Positions 41,785 through 51,801 of a stretch of DNA of 64,000 bases are shown here, in pieces. The notes under the pieces are model-generated. The model worked only from the letters and a program-made list of their open reading frames with translations. It searched no databases and was not told where the DNA came from. Each line of letters starts with the position of its first letter. Position 1 is the first letter of the stretch. This DNA comes from Patescibacteria group bacterium (GTDB taxonomy: Bacteria > Patescibacteriota > Minisyncoccia > Phycocordibacterales > Phycocordibacteraceae), in assembly GCA_040390125.1 (NCBI GenBank), contig JAZJYZ010000001.1, forward strand, positions 442,396 to 506,395, read 5' to 3'. The translations under genes were made by a program, and so were the position numbers.

Positions 41785-41820
41785 TATAGTATAAAATGAC
41801 GACCGTCATTTTATACTATA
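41785..41820. repeat. Family-A palindrome copy 3 (tatagtataaaatgacg-ac-cgtcattttatactata)
   Basis: 17-bp perfect arms. The centre differs from copies 1 and 2 while the arms are conserved. Confidence 0.8.
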
Positions 41821-41942
41821 TCTGTGTTTTTTGAAATTTTTATAGGGTTCGCTCCGGTTATATATAAACATTGTATTTCCGAGAGATGCTTTTCTTGAAA
41901 TGGTTGATTCTATGGGCTCGAAAAGAGGGTTCTCAAGGCACT

Positions 41943-41977
41943 TGACAAATAAATTATATCTGATATGATATACTTAT
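41943..41977 (+). promoter_or_regulatory. Candidate sigma70-type promoter (TTGACA-N16-TATGAT) upstream of the 42026 ORF
   Basis: cacTTGACAaataaattatatctgaTATGATatact, read directly. No experimental support. Confidence 0.35.
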
Positions 41978-42025
41978 AGTCGAATCTTGAGCAGACGAGC
42001 ATTTAAAAATTTAACTATTTAATAT

Positions 42026-42280
42026 ATGTCATTTGATACAGGGCACGAAAGACCGTCAGGTTCAAGCGTTAGAGCTGCACAGGCGGTTCGTGAACGCCGA
42101 GGCGATATGTTATATCAGACTGGTATAAGTCTGTATGCCGCTGGGTTCGGGGCTGTAGTAGCTGCGGCGATCTTGGGTGCTCCCGTTGTCGCTTTCGCTG
42201 GTGCTGGTTTCGCATTAACCGGTCTAGCCGTTAATCATTTTGGCTTTCTTTTGGGGAGCCCTGCTCGTGCGAAGGCTTGA
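42026..42280 (+). CDS. Hypothetical small membrane protein (84 aa, Gly/Ala-rich TM hairpin)
   Basis: ORF with two hydrophobic helices, followed by a strong terminator. Confidence 0.4.
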   Translation: MSFDTGHERPSGSSVRAAQAVRERRGDMLYQTGISLYAAGFGAVVAAAILGAPVVAFAGAGFALTGLAVNHFGFLLGSPARAKA

Positions 42281-42335
42281 GGAGAATACGGTAGATGTTT
42301 ACCTGAGGAGATATCGTAGAGAGAATTAACATTAA

Positions 42336-42374
42336 AAACCCTGATTCGGTATGCCGAATCAGGGTTTTTTATTT
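42336..42374 (+). terminator. Rho-independent terminator
   Basis: aaccctgattcgg / tatg / ccgaatcagggtt followed by TTTTTTATTTT. Confidence 0.75.
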
Positions 42375-42421
42375 TCTTTTAGGCTAGCCTCTAAACGCTA
42401 AACCCTATACACTAGTCCTTT

Positions 42422-43519
42422 ATGGGTTTATCTATAGGAATCGTAGGCCTGCCAAATGTTGGGAAATCGACGCTTTTTAACGCACTCACAGCAAAGGGTG
42501 TTCCTGCGGAGAACTATCCTTTTTGCACCATTGATCCATCGGTAGGTATCGTGCCGGTGCCTGACCCTCGTCTTCAAAAACTGGCAACCCTTTCAAATTG
42601 CTTCAAGATTATTCCTGCCGTTATTGAATTTGTTGATATTGCAGGCTTAGTGAAGGGGGCATCTGAAGGTGCGGGCTTAGGCAATCAGTTTCTCCAGCAC
42701 ATTCGAGAAACAGACGCCATTATGGAAGTCGTGCGGATTTTTGATGATGCCGATATTACGCACGTTGATGGAGATGTTGATCCAGTGAGGGATATTGAAG
42801 TCATCAATTTAGAGCTTGTGCTCACGGATCTCTCGACGGTATCAAAACGTTTAGAGGGCGTTGGACGTGACGCTAAACGTGGAGTAAAAGAAGCTGTTTT
42901 AGAGCAGACGACTTTGCAAAAAATTGACCAAACACTTTCAGCTGGAAAACTAGCGTCCTTTACTTCACTCTCGGACGAAGAGCGTTTTGCAGTGCGTACT
43001 TTGCAACTGCTTACTATGAAGCCGATCATGTATGCACTCAATAAAAAAGCGGGAGGGCACAACCTTGATGAATTGAATGATGGCCGTTACCAAAAACTCG
43101 TTGAGTTTTTGGACGACATGGGTGCGGTGTACATTACGGTAGACGCAGGCATTGAAGGAGAGCTCCGTGATGTTGCAGGTGAAGATAAAGAAACACTCAG
43201 GCGTGAGTTTGGAGTTGTAGACGATGGCTTGGATGGGCTTATTCGTGCCGGATATCGTTTACTTGGACTCATTACATTTCTTACCACTGGAGAAGTTGAA
43301 ACACGAGCGTGGACAGTGAAGGTTGGCTCCACAGCACCTGAAGCGGGAGCGGCAATTCACACCGATTTTAGGGATACTTTCATCCGGGCTGAAGTTGTTG
43401 CATACGAGAAGCTCGTTGAAGCTGGATCCTACGCCTCCGCACGAGAGAAAGGCTGGGTACGAACGGAAGGGAAGGAATACATAGTGAAAGACGGGGATGT
43501 GATAGAGTTTAAGGTATAG
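42422..43519 (+). CDS. ychF: Ribosome-binding ATPase YchF (Obg-family GTPase)
   Basis: 365 aa. G1 GIVGLPNVGKSTLFNALT, and a C-terminal TGS domain (AIHTDFRDTFIRAEVVAYEKL). Confidence 0.9.
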   Translation: MGLSIGIVGLPNVGKSTLFNALTAKGVPAENYPFCTIDPSVGIVPVPDPRLQKLATLSNCFKIIPAVIEFVDIAGLVKGASEGAGLGNQFLQHIRETDAIMEVVRIFDDADITHVDGDVDPVRDIEVINLELVLTDLSTVSKRLEGVGRDAKRGVKEAVLEQTTLQKIDQTLSAGKLASFTSLSDEERFAVRTLQLLTMKPIMYALNKKAGGHNLDELNDGRYQKLVEFLDDMGAVYITVDAGIEGELRDVAGEDKETLRREFGVVDDGLDGLIRAGYRLLGLITFLTTGEVETRAWTVKVGSTAPEAGAAIHTDFRDTFIRAEVVAYEKLVEAGSYASAREKGWVRTEGKEYIVKDGDVIEFKV

Positions 43520-43672
43520 TTTTATTCTTAGTTCAAAAGCTATATGGGTTTTGAAGATGATAATGAACTTCCTCTTTCGCCACTACCGTCACGATACTCA
43601 GGTGATGGGAAGAGACCTCCTGTAGTGCCTGATCGAGAGTTAGATGAAAAATAATAATAATAAAATAACTAT

Positions 43673-44611
43673 ATGGATGGCACAGTCAAAGCAAAAGTAA
43701 CTCCTAAAGATTTTTTTCTCTGGCTCGGGGCAATGGTTGCTCTCTATGTTTCAGCAACCTCGCTCATCCTCCTTATTCATCAGTACATAACGTATTTCTT
43801 CCCGAGCCCTTTGGATTACGGCGATATCTATTCAGGTACGTTCCGCTTTGCAATAGCATCTCTTGTGGTGTTCTTTCCTTTGTATATTTTGCTTACACGA
43901 ATGGTGCATCAAGATATTCGCAAAGTTCCAGAGAAAAAAGAGTTATGGGTTCGGAAGTGGTTGGTAGTCATCACGCTTTTCATAGCTGGTCTCACTATTG
44001 CAGGAGATTTGGTAGCCCTGGTAAACACGTTCTTGAACGGCGAACTTACGACACGCTTCATTCTTAAAGTACTCGTCATTCTCGTAGTCTTGGGGGCAAT
44101 CTTTTGGTATTACCTCGAAGAGCTTCGGGGAAAATGGGAGCGAGAAGAAAAAACTTCAAAAGGACTCGCAGTCATAGTTACACTCATCGTGCTTGCAACA
44201 GTTATTGGTGGTTTTTTCATCATAGGTTCTCCTCAAAGTCAGCGGTCACTCCGGCTTGATCAGCAAAGAATTTCTGATCTTCAAAATATTCAGTATCAGC
44301 TAACCTACTATTGGCAACAGAAGCAAAAACTTCCTGTTAGAGTTTCGGAGCTTGAAGATCCATTAGTTGGTTTTTTTGCACCAACAGATCCTGAAAGCGG
44401 ACTTTCGTATCGCTACGAAAGCACTGGAGATAAATCCTTTAAACTCTGTGCAAACTTCTCTCTCCCGAGCCCTGAAACACCTAAAGGTGCCGTAGTTCAC
44501 CTAACGTATCCCGCCCAAGAATCTTGGGAGCACGGAGAAGGGGAGCAGTGTTTTGATCGCACTATAGACCCGGAGTTTTTTCCAACCATCAAACCAGGTC
44601 CTAGGTTCTAG
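43673..44611 (+). CDS. Multi-pass membrane protein with a C-terminal pilin-like signature
   Basis: 312 aa. About 6 TM helices, then QRSLRLDQQRISDLQNIQYQLTYYW, which resembles the D/RxxRxxDLxxIxxALxxY motif of type IV pilin-like proteins. Confidence 0.45.
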   Translation: MDGTVKAKVTPKDFFLWLGAMVALYVSATSLILLIHQYITYFFPSPLDYGDIYSGTFRFAIASLVVFFPLYILLTRMVHQDIRKVPEKKELWVRKWLVVITLFIAGLTIAGDLVALVNTFLNGELTTRFILKVLVILVVLGAIFWYYLEELRGKWEREEKTSKGLAVIVTLIVLATVIGGFFIIGSPQSQRSLRLDQQRISDLQNIQYQLTYYWQQKQKLPVRVSELEDPLVGFFAPTDPESGLSYRYESTGDKSFKLCANFSLPSPETPKGAVVHLTYPAQESWEHGEGEQCFDRTIDPEFFPTIKPGPRF

Positions 44612-44658
44612 CTTTAAAAAGTTAGAGAAAAAGCAGAAATGCGGTTAAAATAACACGC

Positions 44659-47124
44659 ATGGCTAAAACCTATGACCATAAAAAAATAGAGAAGAAGTGG
44701 CGGAAGCATTGGGAGGAAGGCGGTGCATACGTAACGGACGAATCTTCATCCAAACCAAAACAATACGTTCTGGACATGTTCCCGTATCCATCGGGGTTAG
44801 GCTTGCACACCGGACACGTTGAAGGATACACAGCAACAGACATCTACGCTCGATTTAAACGGATGCAAGGTTTTAATGTTTTGCATCCCATGGGGTGGGA
44901 CGCATTCGGGCTTCCTGCAGAAAACTACGCAATAAAAACAAAAACACCTCCTCGAGAGACCACCAATAAGGCAATTGATAATTTTCGCAATCAAATCCAA
45001 TCGTTAGGACTTTCCTATGATTGGTCACGAGAAGTTGGTACGCATAATCCTGACTACTATAAATGGACGCAGTGGTTTTTTTTATTTTTGTTTGAAAATG
45101 GACTTGCTGAAAAGCGAATGGGGAAAGTGAATTGGTGTCCGACAGATCAAACTGTCTTAGCAAACGAACAGACCGTGAGTGAGAGTGGAGAGAAGGGTGT
45201 CTGCGTGCGTTGCGGTACAAAAATAATTCAACGCGAACTTGCTCAGTGGTTTTTTAAGATAACTGATTTTGCTGATGCACTCGTCAACGACCTTGACGGC
45301 GTCGATTGGCCGGAATCTACAAAGGTAAACCAGCGTAATTGGATAGGGCGTTCAGAAGGTGCAGAAATAGATTTTTCAGTAGCAGAATCAAGGCAAAAGA
45401 TTACCGTCTTCACCACCCGTCCGGATACCATTTTCGGTGCAACCTATCTTGTCCTCGCTCCTGAACATCCCCTTATTTCCGAAAGTATAAATACCACAAT
45501 TAATCGTAGTGAAATTGAAGCCTATCTTGAAAAAAATAAAGATTTAAAGGAAATCGAACGCACTGCCGAGGGGAGAGAAAAGACTGGTGTAGAGCTTAAA
45601 GGCATTAAGGCAATCAATCCGGCTACTAAAGAGGAAATTCCAATTTGGGTAGCCGATTACGTACTTGGCGGATATGGAACTGGAGCTATTATGGCGGTTC
45701 CCGCACATGATTCACGAGATTTCGCATTTGCGAGGAAATTTGATTTACCGATGAAGGCAGTTATTATTCCTGAAGGGAATGTCGATTTCGAACTTCAACA
45801 TTTACTGTTTGAAGGAACTCAAGAATCCGTTACTGAATACATAATCAAAACAGGAGCATACGGTGGAACTGGCATTTTGGTAGGTTCAAAACAATTTAAC
45901 GCACAAAAATCTGAAACGGTAAAAGAAAAAATATCCATTTTAGTTGCTGGGCGAACGAAAGTTACATACCGACTTCGTGACTGGCTTATTTCTCGCCAAC
46001 GCTACTGGGGAGCTCCAATTCCGGTGGTCTATGACCCAGAAGGTAAGCCACACGCAATTCCTAAAGAGCACTTACCATGGCTTCTTCCTGAAGACGTAGA
46101 GTATTTACCGAAGGGAACTTCTCCGCTCGGAACCTCAAAAGAACTTCTTGAGCGTACCGAAAAGATATTCGGAAAAGGGTGGAAGCCAGAGATTGATACT
46201 ATGGATACTTTTGTGTGCTCGTCGTGGTACTTTTTTCGTTTTTCTGACCCACACAATCTTGAAGAATTTGCTTCAAAAGAAGCAATGCAGAAATGGCTCC
46301 CTGTTGATCTCTATATGGGAGGTGCTGAACACACTGTGCTCCATCTCATGTACGCACGCTTTATCACTAAAGCATTACAGAAATTTGGATACGTATCTTT
46401 TGGGGAGCCATTTAAGGCACTACGACATCAAGGAATGATTCTTGCTGAAGATGGAACCAAGATGTCTAAGTCGAAAGGTAACGTCATCAATCCAGATGAG
46501 TTTGTGGAGCTCTATGGAGCGGATACCGTGCGTATCTATGAAATGTTCATGGGGCCACTTGAAGCGATGAAGCCGTGGAATACTCAAAACATCATTGGCT
46601 CAAGAAGATTTCTGGAACGTGTATGGCGAATACAGGAGAAAATGAGCAAAGAAGCATTGCTTGATGCTAATGCGGACAGCGTGTTGCAACAAACTATAAA
46701 AAAAGTAGGTGAGGATATTCAGACCTTAAGTTTGAATACCGCAGTGAGTCAAATGATGATTTGTCTTAATTCTTTTGAAAAGGAGGAACATATACCGGTG
46801 AGTACATATGAGAGTTTCCTACGTATTCTTGCTCCATTCGCTCCGCATATCACAGAGGAGTTGTGGCAGGATTTGGGACATACAGGCTCAATACATACTG
46901 AAGGTTGGCCAACATTTGACCCTTCAAAGCTTGAAAAAAATGAAATAGTAATTGCTGTTCAGCTTGCGGGGAAAGTGAAAGGTACTGTTGTGATAGCTAA
47001 TAAGGCGACAGAAGATGAAGTGGTACAACTTGTCCGAGCCGATGCAAAACTTTCTCTAATTGTTCCTGAAAAGCCAAGTCGCACCATTTTCGTTCCCGGC
47101 CGTATCATAAATTTCATACCCTAA
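44659..47124 (+). CDS. leuS: Leucine--tRNA ligase
   Basis: 821 aa. HTGHVEGY (HIGH) and KMSKSKGN motifs, plus the CP1 editing domain. Confidence 0.95.
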   Translation: MAKTYDHKKIEKKWRKHWEEGGAYVTDESSSKPKQYVLDMFPYPSGLGLHTGHVEGYTATDIYARFKRMQGFNVLHPMGWDAFGLPAENYAIKTKTPPRETTNKAIDNFRNQIQSLGLSYDWSREVGTHNPDYYKWTQWFFLFLFENGLAEKRMGKVNWCPTDQTVLANEQTVSESGEKGVCVRCGTKIIQRELAQWFFKITDFADALVNDLDGVDWPESTKVNQRNWIGRSEGAEIDFSVAESRQKITVFTTRPDTIFGATYLVLAPEHPLISESINTTINRSEIEAYLEKNKDLKEIERTAEGREKTGVELKGIKAINPATKEEIPIWVADYVLGGYGTGAIMAVPAHDSRDFAFARKFDLPMKAVIIPEGNVDFELQHLLFEGTQESVTEYIIKTGAYGGTGILVGSKQFNAQKSETVKEKISILVAGRTKVTYRLRDWLISRQRYWGAPIPVVYDPEGKPHAIPKEHLPWLLPEDVEYLPKGTSPLGTSKELLERTEKIFGKGWKPEIDTMDTFVCSSWYFFRFSDPHNLEEFASKEAMQKWLPVDLYMGGAEHTVLHLMYARFITKALQKFGYVSFGEPFKALRHQGMILAEDGTKMSKSKGNVINPDEFVELYGADTVRIYEMFMGPLEAMKPWNTQNIIGSRRFLERVWRIQEKMSKEALLDANADSVLQQTIKKVGEDIQTLSLNTAVSQMMICLNSFEKEEHIPVSTYESFLRILAPFAPHITEELWQDLGHTGSIHTEGWPTFDPSKLEKNEIVIAVQLAGKVKGTVVIANKATEDEVVQLVRADAKLSLIVPEKPSRTIFVPGRIINFIP

Positions 47125-47159
47125 CCCCCATGTGGGACCTTCAAGGTCCCACATGGGGG
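47125..47159 (+). terminator. 35-bp perfect palindrome (cccccatgtgggacc ttcaa ggtcccacatggggg) after leuS; probable terminator hairpin
   Basis: Perfect 15-bp stem. No T-run follows, so termination efficiency is uncertain. Confidence 0.5.
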
Positions 47160-47393
47160 TGGGCCCCGCACTGAAACTTGGCGTTATAGCTTGCTGTACC
47201 GATATATGAGATTATTTATATTACTGTTGCCACTATTGCACTCCGTGTAATGCGTTATGCTCACGCTTCGCTATGAGGTACGACGCCAAGTTCTAGTGAC
47301 GGGGTGGGGATAACTTATGGCAGGTTTGACGTGATTTAAAATATGTGCTATAAGGAATAGACACTAATCGATAAAAAGTAGGATAATACATAT

Positions 47394-48422
47394 ATGGTTA
47401 AACTCCCGTTCAAGGCTGTACAGGTAAGTAAGCGTCTCGTTGCTGTGCTCCCAGAGCGTTCTCGTGACGTTCTTGTAAGTCGATACGGCTTGGGCACTAA
47501 AGTACGTGGAGAAACTCTCGACGCCATTGGAAAGCGTTATGGCATAACCCGTGAACGTGTTCGACAAATTGAAAACCACGCCACAAAGCTTATACAGGAC
47601 TCCGAGGCACTCGCAAAAGAGGCTTCATCCTTTGTATGGCTTGAAAATGCCATCCGTGAACTTGGTGGGGTTTTGCCAGAAAGCATGCTTCTTGATGAAT
47701 TTGCAAAGGATACTGAGACCCGTAATCATTTGTACTTCCTGCTTGTTGTGGGGGCACCGTTCATTTCTGCAAAAGAAACCCCAGACTTCAAGGCTCGTTG
47801 GTCTGTAGACCCTGAACTCACGAAGGCAGTTGAATCTGCACTGAAACAAGTTCATGGAACTGTGAAGCATTCTGACGTGCTGTCTGAAGAAAAATTGGTT
47901 GAGCATGTTATGAGTTGTCTCACTAAAGTTAATACAAAATATCGTTCTAAAGACACGGTACGCAGGTGGCTCGAGCTTTCAAACTGCATCATGCGTAACC
48001 CTTTGGGTGAATGGGGTCGCTCAAGTGCACCAGGAATTAGAGTGAAAAATATTCGTGACCATGCGTATCTCGCATTGAAGCGTCATGGTTCACCTATGCA
48101 CTTCCGTGAAGTTGCAAAATCAATTGAAAAACTTTTTGGTAAAAAGGCTCATGAAGCCACAACGCACAATGAGCTCATTAAGGATGGTCGCTTTGTGTTA
48201 GTAGGCAGAGGTATTTACGCTCTCAAAGAATGGGGATACCGAATAGGACCCGTTGTTGAAATCATCAAACACATTCTCAAAGAGTCCGGTCCTCTTACTC
48301 GAGAGGAGATCATGAAACGTGTCTCTAAAGAGCGTTACGTGAAGCCAAACACCATCATTGTGAACTTGCAGAATTCGGCATTCAGTAAAAAAGAAGGTAA
48401 GTACGCTTTGAAGGGTACATAA
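47394..48422 (+). CDS. Protein with N-terminal sigma-70 region-4-like HTH and a C-terminal domain of unknown function
   Basis: 342 aa. LPERSRDVLVSRYGLGTKVRGETLDAIGKRYGITRERVRQIENHATKLI is a region-4.2-type HTH. Regions 2 and 3 are not detectable. Confidence 0.55.
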   Translation: MVKLPFKAVQVSKRLVAVLPERSRDVLVSRYGLGTKVRGETLDAIGKRYGITRERVRQIENHATKLIQDSEALAKEASSFVWLENAIRELGGVLPESMLLDEFAKDTETRNHLYFLLVVGAPFISAKETPDFKARWSVDPELTKAVESALKQVHGTVKHSDVLSEEKLVEHVMSCLTKVNTKYRSKDTVRRWLELSNCIMRNPLGEWGRSSAPGIRVKNIRDHAYLALKRHGSPMHFREVAKSIEKLFGKKAHEATTHNELIKDGRFVLVGRGIYALKEWGYRIGPVVEIIKHILKESGPLTREEIMKRVSKERYVKPNTIIVNLQNSAFSKKEGKYALKGT

Positions 48423-48615
48423 TAATTCTTTATGGCAAAGGAACAGACGTCTTTGTTGGCTGGTGATGATGATTCTTTTATTATTTCTCCAGAAAAAGCC
48501 AAAGCTATGCGGGAGGACTCTGCACGTGACGCAATGGAACCTCTGTCACCGGAAGAGCAAGCTAGACTTACGTTAGGCCTTTCTAGTGGAAAATCATAAC
48601 TAAAATAGAACGCTA

Positions 48616-48648
48616 ATCACATAAGCCACATAAAGTGGCTTATGTGAT
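48616..48648. repeat. 33-bp palindrome (atcacataagccac ataaa gtggcttatgtgat) 12 nt upstream of the 48660 start
   Basis: 14-bp perfect arms. The position suggests an operator or a terminator for the upstream gene. Confidence 0.6.
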
Positions 48649-48659
48649 ATATTTTCATA

Positions 48660-49883
48660 ATGTCTCGCCAGATAGTGCAGTGGTTGATTATTGTTGCACT
48701 CCTTGCGGTTCCGGTGCTCATTTATTTTGCTCCAGTTTTTATTGCTGGCGTCTACCACGTTGTCATTTTCTTTGCACCACTGTGGCTTCCTGTTGGTCTT
48801 TTTGCTATTGCCTGGCCTCTGTGGCTCAACGTCATCCGCTCTAGGTTCGTTGATTCTGTTTCCTATGTCACACTGGAGTTAAAGCCAGGTGATGAAACTC
48901 CTCCAACCGCAAAAGCTATGGAGCTGGTATTTTATTCGCTGTATCATCGAACAGAAATTTCTCGCATCGATGCGTTTCTTCACGGCAAGATTCGTACTTC
49001 TTGGTCGTTTGAAGTCTATGCTCACAATGGACGTGTACGGTTTTTTGCACACGTTCCAGTGAGTTACCGTGTTGCATTAGAAAGCAGGATTCGTGCTGAG
49101 TACCATGACATCGATATTAATGTGGTCCGAGATTACTCGAGAGAATTACATTTTGATCCACTCTCGATGCGACTCATGGCCCGTGAATATACTCTCGCAA
49201 AACCCGATCCGTATCCTCTAAAAACGTACGAAGTCTATGAATCATTAAGTGAAAAGCGTGATGTGTTTGGTGAGATTGTTGAAAGTTTAGCTGGCATGAG
49301 TGCACAGGAACACGTGTTTCTTTCTATCATCATGCGACCGCATCAACGTGAGCGTGAGAACCTTTTTGATAACCCCCGAGACTCTCTTCATGAGTCTGCA
49401 CATGTTGAAATTAAAAAATTGGTTGGCTCGAAAGGCGAAATGGATAAACTTCCTCTCTCTACGAAAACAATTGTGAGTGCTATAGAGTCGGCATTGAATA
49501 AGCCATCATTTGACTGCGGTATACGTGCTTTCTACATAGCAGATAGAGAACACTTTGATGAATCCTATGAAGAAAAATTAACTCACCTTCTTGATCCTCT
49601 GAATGATATCGAGCTAAATGGATTTGTTGCGTATGACCCGAATCATCGTCCAGGGTTTGTTCTCTCTGAAATTTTTTCAGCCGTTCCCGTTTTGGTGTCT
49701 GCACACCTCCTCAACCTCTATCGCAGACGTGCATTTTTTGCACCACCGTACTATGGTAAAGCGTTCGTCTTAAACACAGAAGAATTGGCAACTTTGTTTC
49801 ATTTACCGCATGCAAGTCGGGGTAGTGCACTTGCCCGTATGAAAGGTCTTACGTTAGAACCGCCGGAGAATTTGCCAGTCTAG
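48660..49883 (+). CDS. Hypothetical membrane-anchored protein (407 aa)
   Basis: Two or three N-terminal TM helices, then a large soluble domain with no recognisable family. Confidence 0.5.
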   Translation: MSRQIVQWLIIVALLAVPVLIYFAPVFIAGVYHVVIFFAPLWLPVGLFAIAWPLWLNVIRSRFVDSVSYVTLELKPGDETPPTAKAMELVFYSLYHRTEISRIDAFLHGKIRTSWSFEVYAHNGRVRFFAHVPVSYRVALESRIRAEYHDIDINVVRDYSRELHFDPLSMRLMAREYTLAKPDPYPLKTYEVYESLSEKRDVFGEIVESLAGMSAQEHVFLSIIMRPHQRERENLFDNPRDSLHESAHVEIKKLVGSKGEMDKLPLSTKTIVSAIESALNKPSFDCGIRAFYIADREHFDESYEEKLTHLLDPLNDIELNGFVAYDPNHRPGFVLSEIFSAVPVLVSAHLLNLYRRRAFFAPPYYGKAFVLNTEELATLFHLPHASRGSALARMKGLTLEPPENLPV

Positions 49884-49925
49884 GCAAAGCTGCAAGCTTT
49901 CAGCTTTCAGGTTCCAGCTTTTAAA

Positions 49926-50873
49926 ATGCAAAACAATACTAAAAAAATAATTTATAGCGTTGCGGGAGTTGTGATTGTTCTTTGCAGTGTGTACCTGTTT
50001 TTTATTGCACCTCCCTTAGGTGCCAAGAAGAATTCAATTGTTACTATTTCCCCTGGCATGAGTGTGGAAGAGGCAGGAAAATTGTTGAAAGAAAAACACG
50101 TCATACAGTCTCCACTCGTATTTTCTCTGTTCGTCCGATTTTTGTACCCTTCTGGCATTATTGCTAATCACTATTCTTTTTCAAAATCTCAATCAGTAAT
50201 AACGGTGGCGTATCGTCTTGCGGAAGGAAAAACAGACTTAACTCCAGTTCGCGTCACTATTCCTGAAGGCACAAGTGTGTTTGAGATTTCAAACATCTTT
50301 GAAAGTACGCTTGGTGATTTTGATGTCGTGGCATTCGAATCGCTCGCCAAAGCACAAGAGGGGTATCTTTTCCCAGACACGTATTTTTTTCTGCCGGGCA
50401 CTGAGCCTGCGATAATCATTGACGCAATGCGGAAAAACTTTGATGAAAAAATAAAACCACTCGAAAAAGACATCGCTTTGTTTGGAAGACCGATGAATGA
50501 AGTGCTCGCAATGGCTTCTATTTTGGAGCGGGAAGCCCGTCAAAGTGAAACCCGAAGAATGATTGCGGGGATACTCTGGAAGCGAATCTCTATTAAGATG
50601 CCACTTCAGGTTGATGCGGTATTTGGCTATATCCTGAAAAGAAGTGGCTATGCACCAACTCTTGATGATTTGAAAATTGACTCTCCTTACAATACATATT
50701 TATACCGAGGGCTTCCGCCAGGGCCCATTGGTAATCCTGGTCTTGGTGCCATACAGGACGCCATAATGCCCACTAAAAGTGCCTATCTTTACTATCTAAC
50801 AGACAAAGAAGGAAAGATATATTATGCAAAAACATTTGCGGAGCACGTGGCAAATAAGGCGAAAGTACGATAA
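49926..50873 (+). CDS. mltG: MltG/YceG-like endolytic murein transglycosylase, copy 2
   Basis: 315 aa. N-terminal TM and the MltG signature SPYNTYLYRGLPPGPIGNPG. Confidence 0.8.
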   Translation: MQNNTKKIIYSVAGVVIVLCSVYLFFIAPPLGAKKNSIVTISPGMSVEEAGKLLKEKHVIQSPLVFSLFVRFLYPSGIIANHYSFSKSQSVITVAYRLAEGKTDLTPVRVTIPEGTSVFEISNIFESTLGDFDVVAFESLAKAQEGYLFPDTYFFLPGTEPAIIIDAMRKNFDEKIKPLEKDIALFGRPMNEVLAMASILEREARQSETRRMIAGILWKRISIKMPLQVDAVFGYILKRSGYAPTLDDLKIDSPYNTYLYRGLPPGPIGNPGLGAIQDAIMPTKSAYLYYLTDKEGKIYYAKTFAEHVANKAKVR

Positions 50874-51017
50874 CGAGGGCTATCGCCCAGACGGGTTTGC
50901 ACATCATTAAACTTAGGTTCGTTTTTTTAAAGAGATCTTTTGTAAACTCTACATGGAAATGCAGTATGTAAGACATCGCATGTCTTACATGAATTTAAAA
51001 GATTAGATTTTTGAATA

Positions 51018-51057
51018 TCACCCTAACCCCTTTAGTTAACTAAAGGGGTTAGGGTGA
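51018..51057. repeat. 40-bp perfect palindrome (tcaccctaacccctttagtt|aactaaaggggttagggtga)
   Basis: Perfect dyad, in the intergenic region after mltG copy 2. Confidence 0.6.
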
Positions 51058-51120
51058 GTATAAGGTATTGAAACATTACGGTGTGTTTGACATCATTTTA
51101 AACTATGATATAGTACATAG

Positions 51121-51402
51121 ATGAGTGAAAACCCTATAGAAAAAATGATTCTTGGGCGTACTAGATCAGTACAGAAAGTTGAAAACACTGCCGTGGTTGC
51201 GGGTGTAAGTGTCCCAGTTGGGGCAGGATTCTTGCTGTGGGCAGGATTACTTTCTCCTCTGGATGCGGGTATAACGGCGGGTACTGCATTAACTGTAGCA
51301 GTTTTAACCAAGCTAGTGGCACGAAAATATCGACACGGCGCTGAACATGCGGCTAATGAATGGTTCACTAATAGTCCTGTCCGTCCTGGTCGTTCTGACT
51401 AG
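51121..51402 (+). CDS. Hypothetical small membrane protein (93 aa)
   Basis: ORF with two hydrophobic helices. Confidence 0.3.
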   Translation: MSENPIEKMILGRTRSVQKVENTAVVAGVSVPVGAGFLLWAGLLSPLDAGITAGTALTVAVLTKLVARKYRHGAEHAANEWFTNSPVRPGRSD

Positions 51403-51801
51403 CCTTTCGTTTTGAAAGTTGAAGAAGATTTTTATTTAAAACACATGGCAAAAATAGAAGCACAGCCAAATAGAAAGTTTTCTCTATCTCGACGTGAGGC
51501 ATTACTCTTACTCTCAGCGCTTTTTGGGGGCACTCTAGGTGCGGGGCTCACTGCTGGTGCTATACGTCTTGCAGATGTTATTGGGCCGCTCGTATTAAAT
51601 TTAAGTAAATAGGACATATGGAAGCCTCTGCTACGCTTACGTGTAAGTATTTTTATGAATCTCGCACTTTTCGTGATTCTTGCGACAGGCCATCTCAAAA
51701 AGGATCTTTTTTCTGTAGTTTTCATCTCATACTGAGAGGTGGGCTACGTTAGAAGCTAGTAATTGCTAGAATCTTTAACTGACAGCCTGTAAGCTAGGTG
51801 A

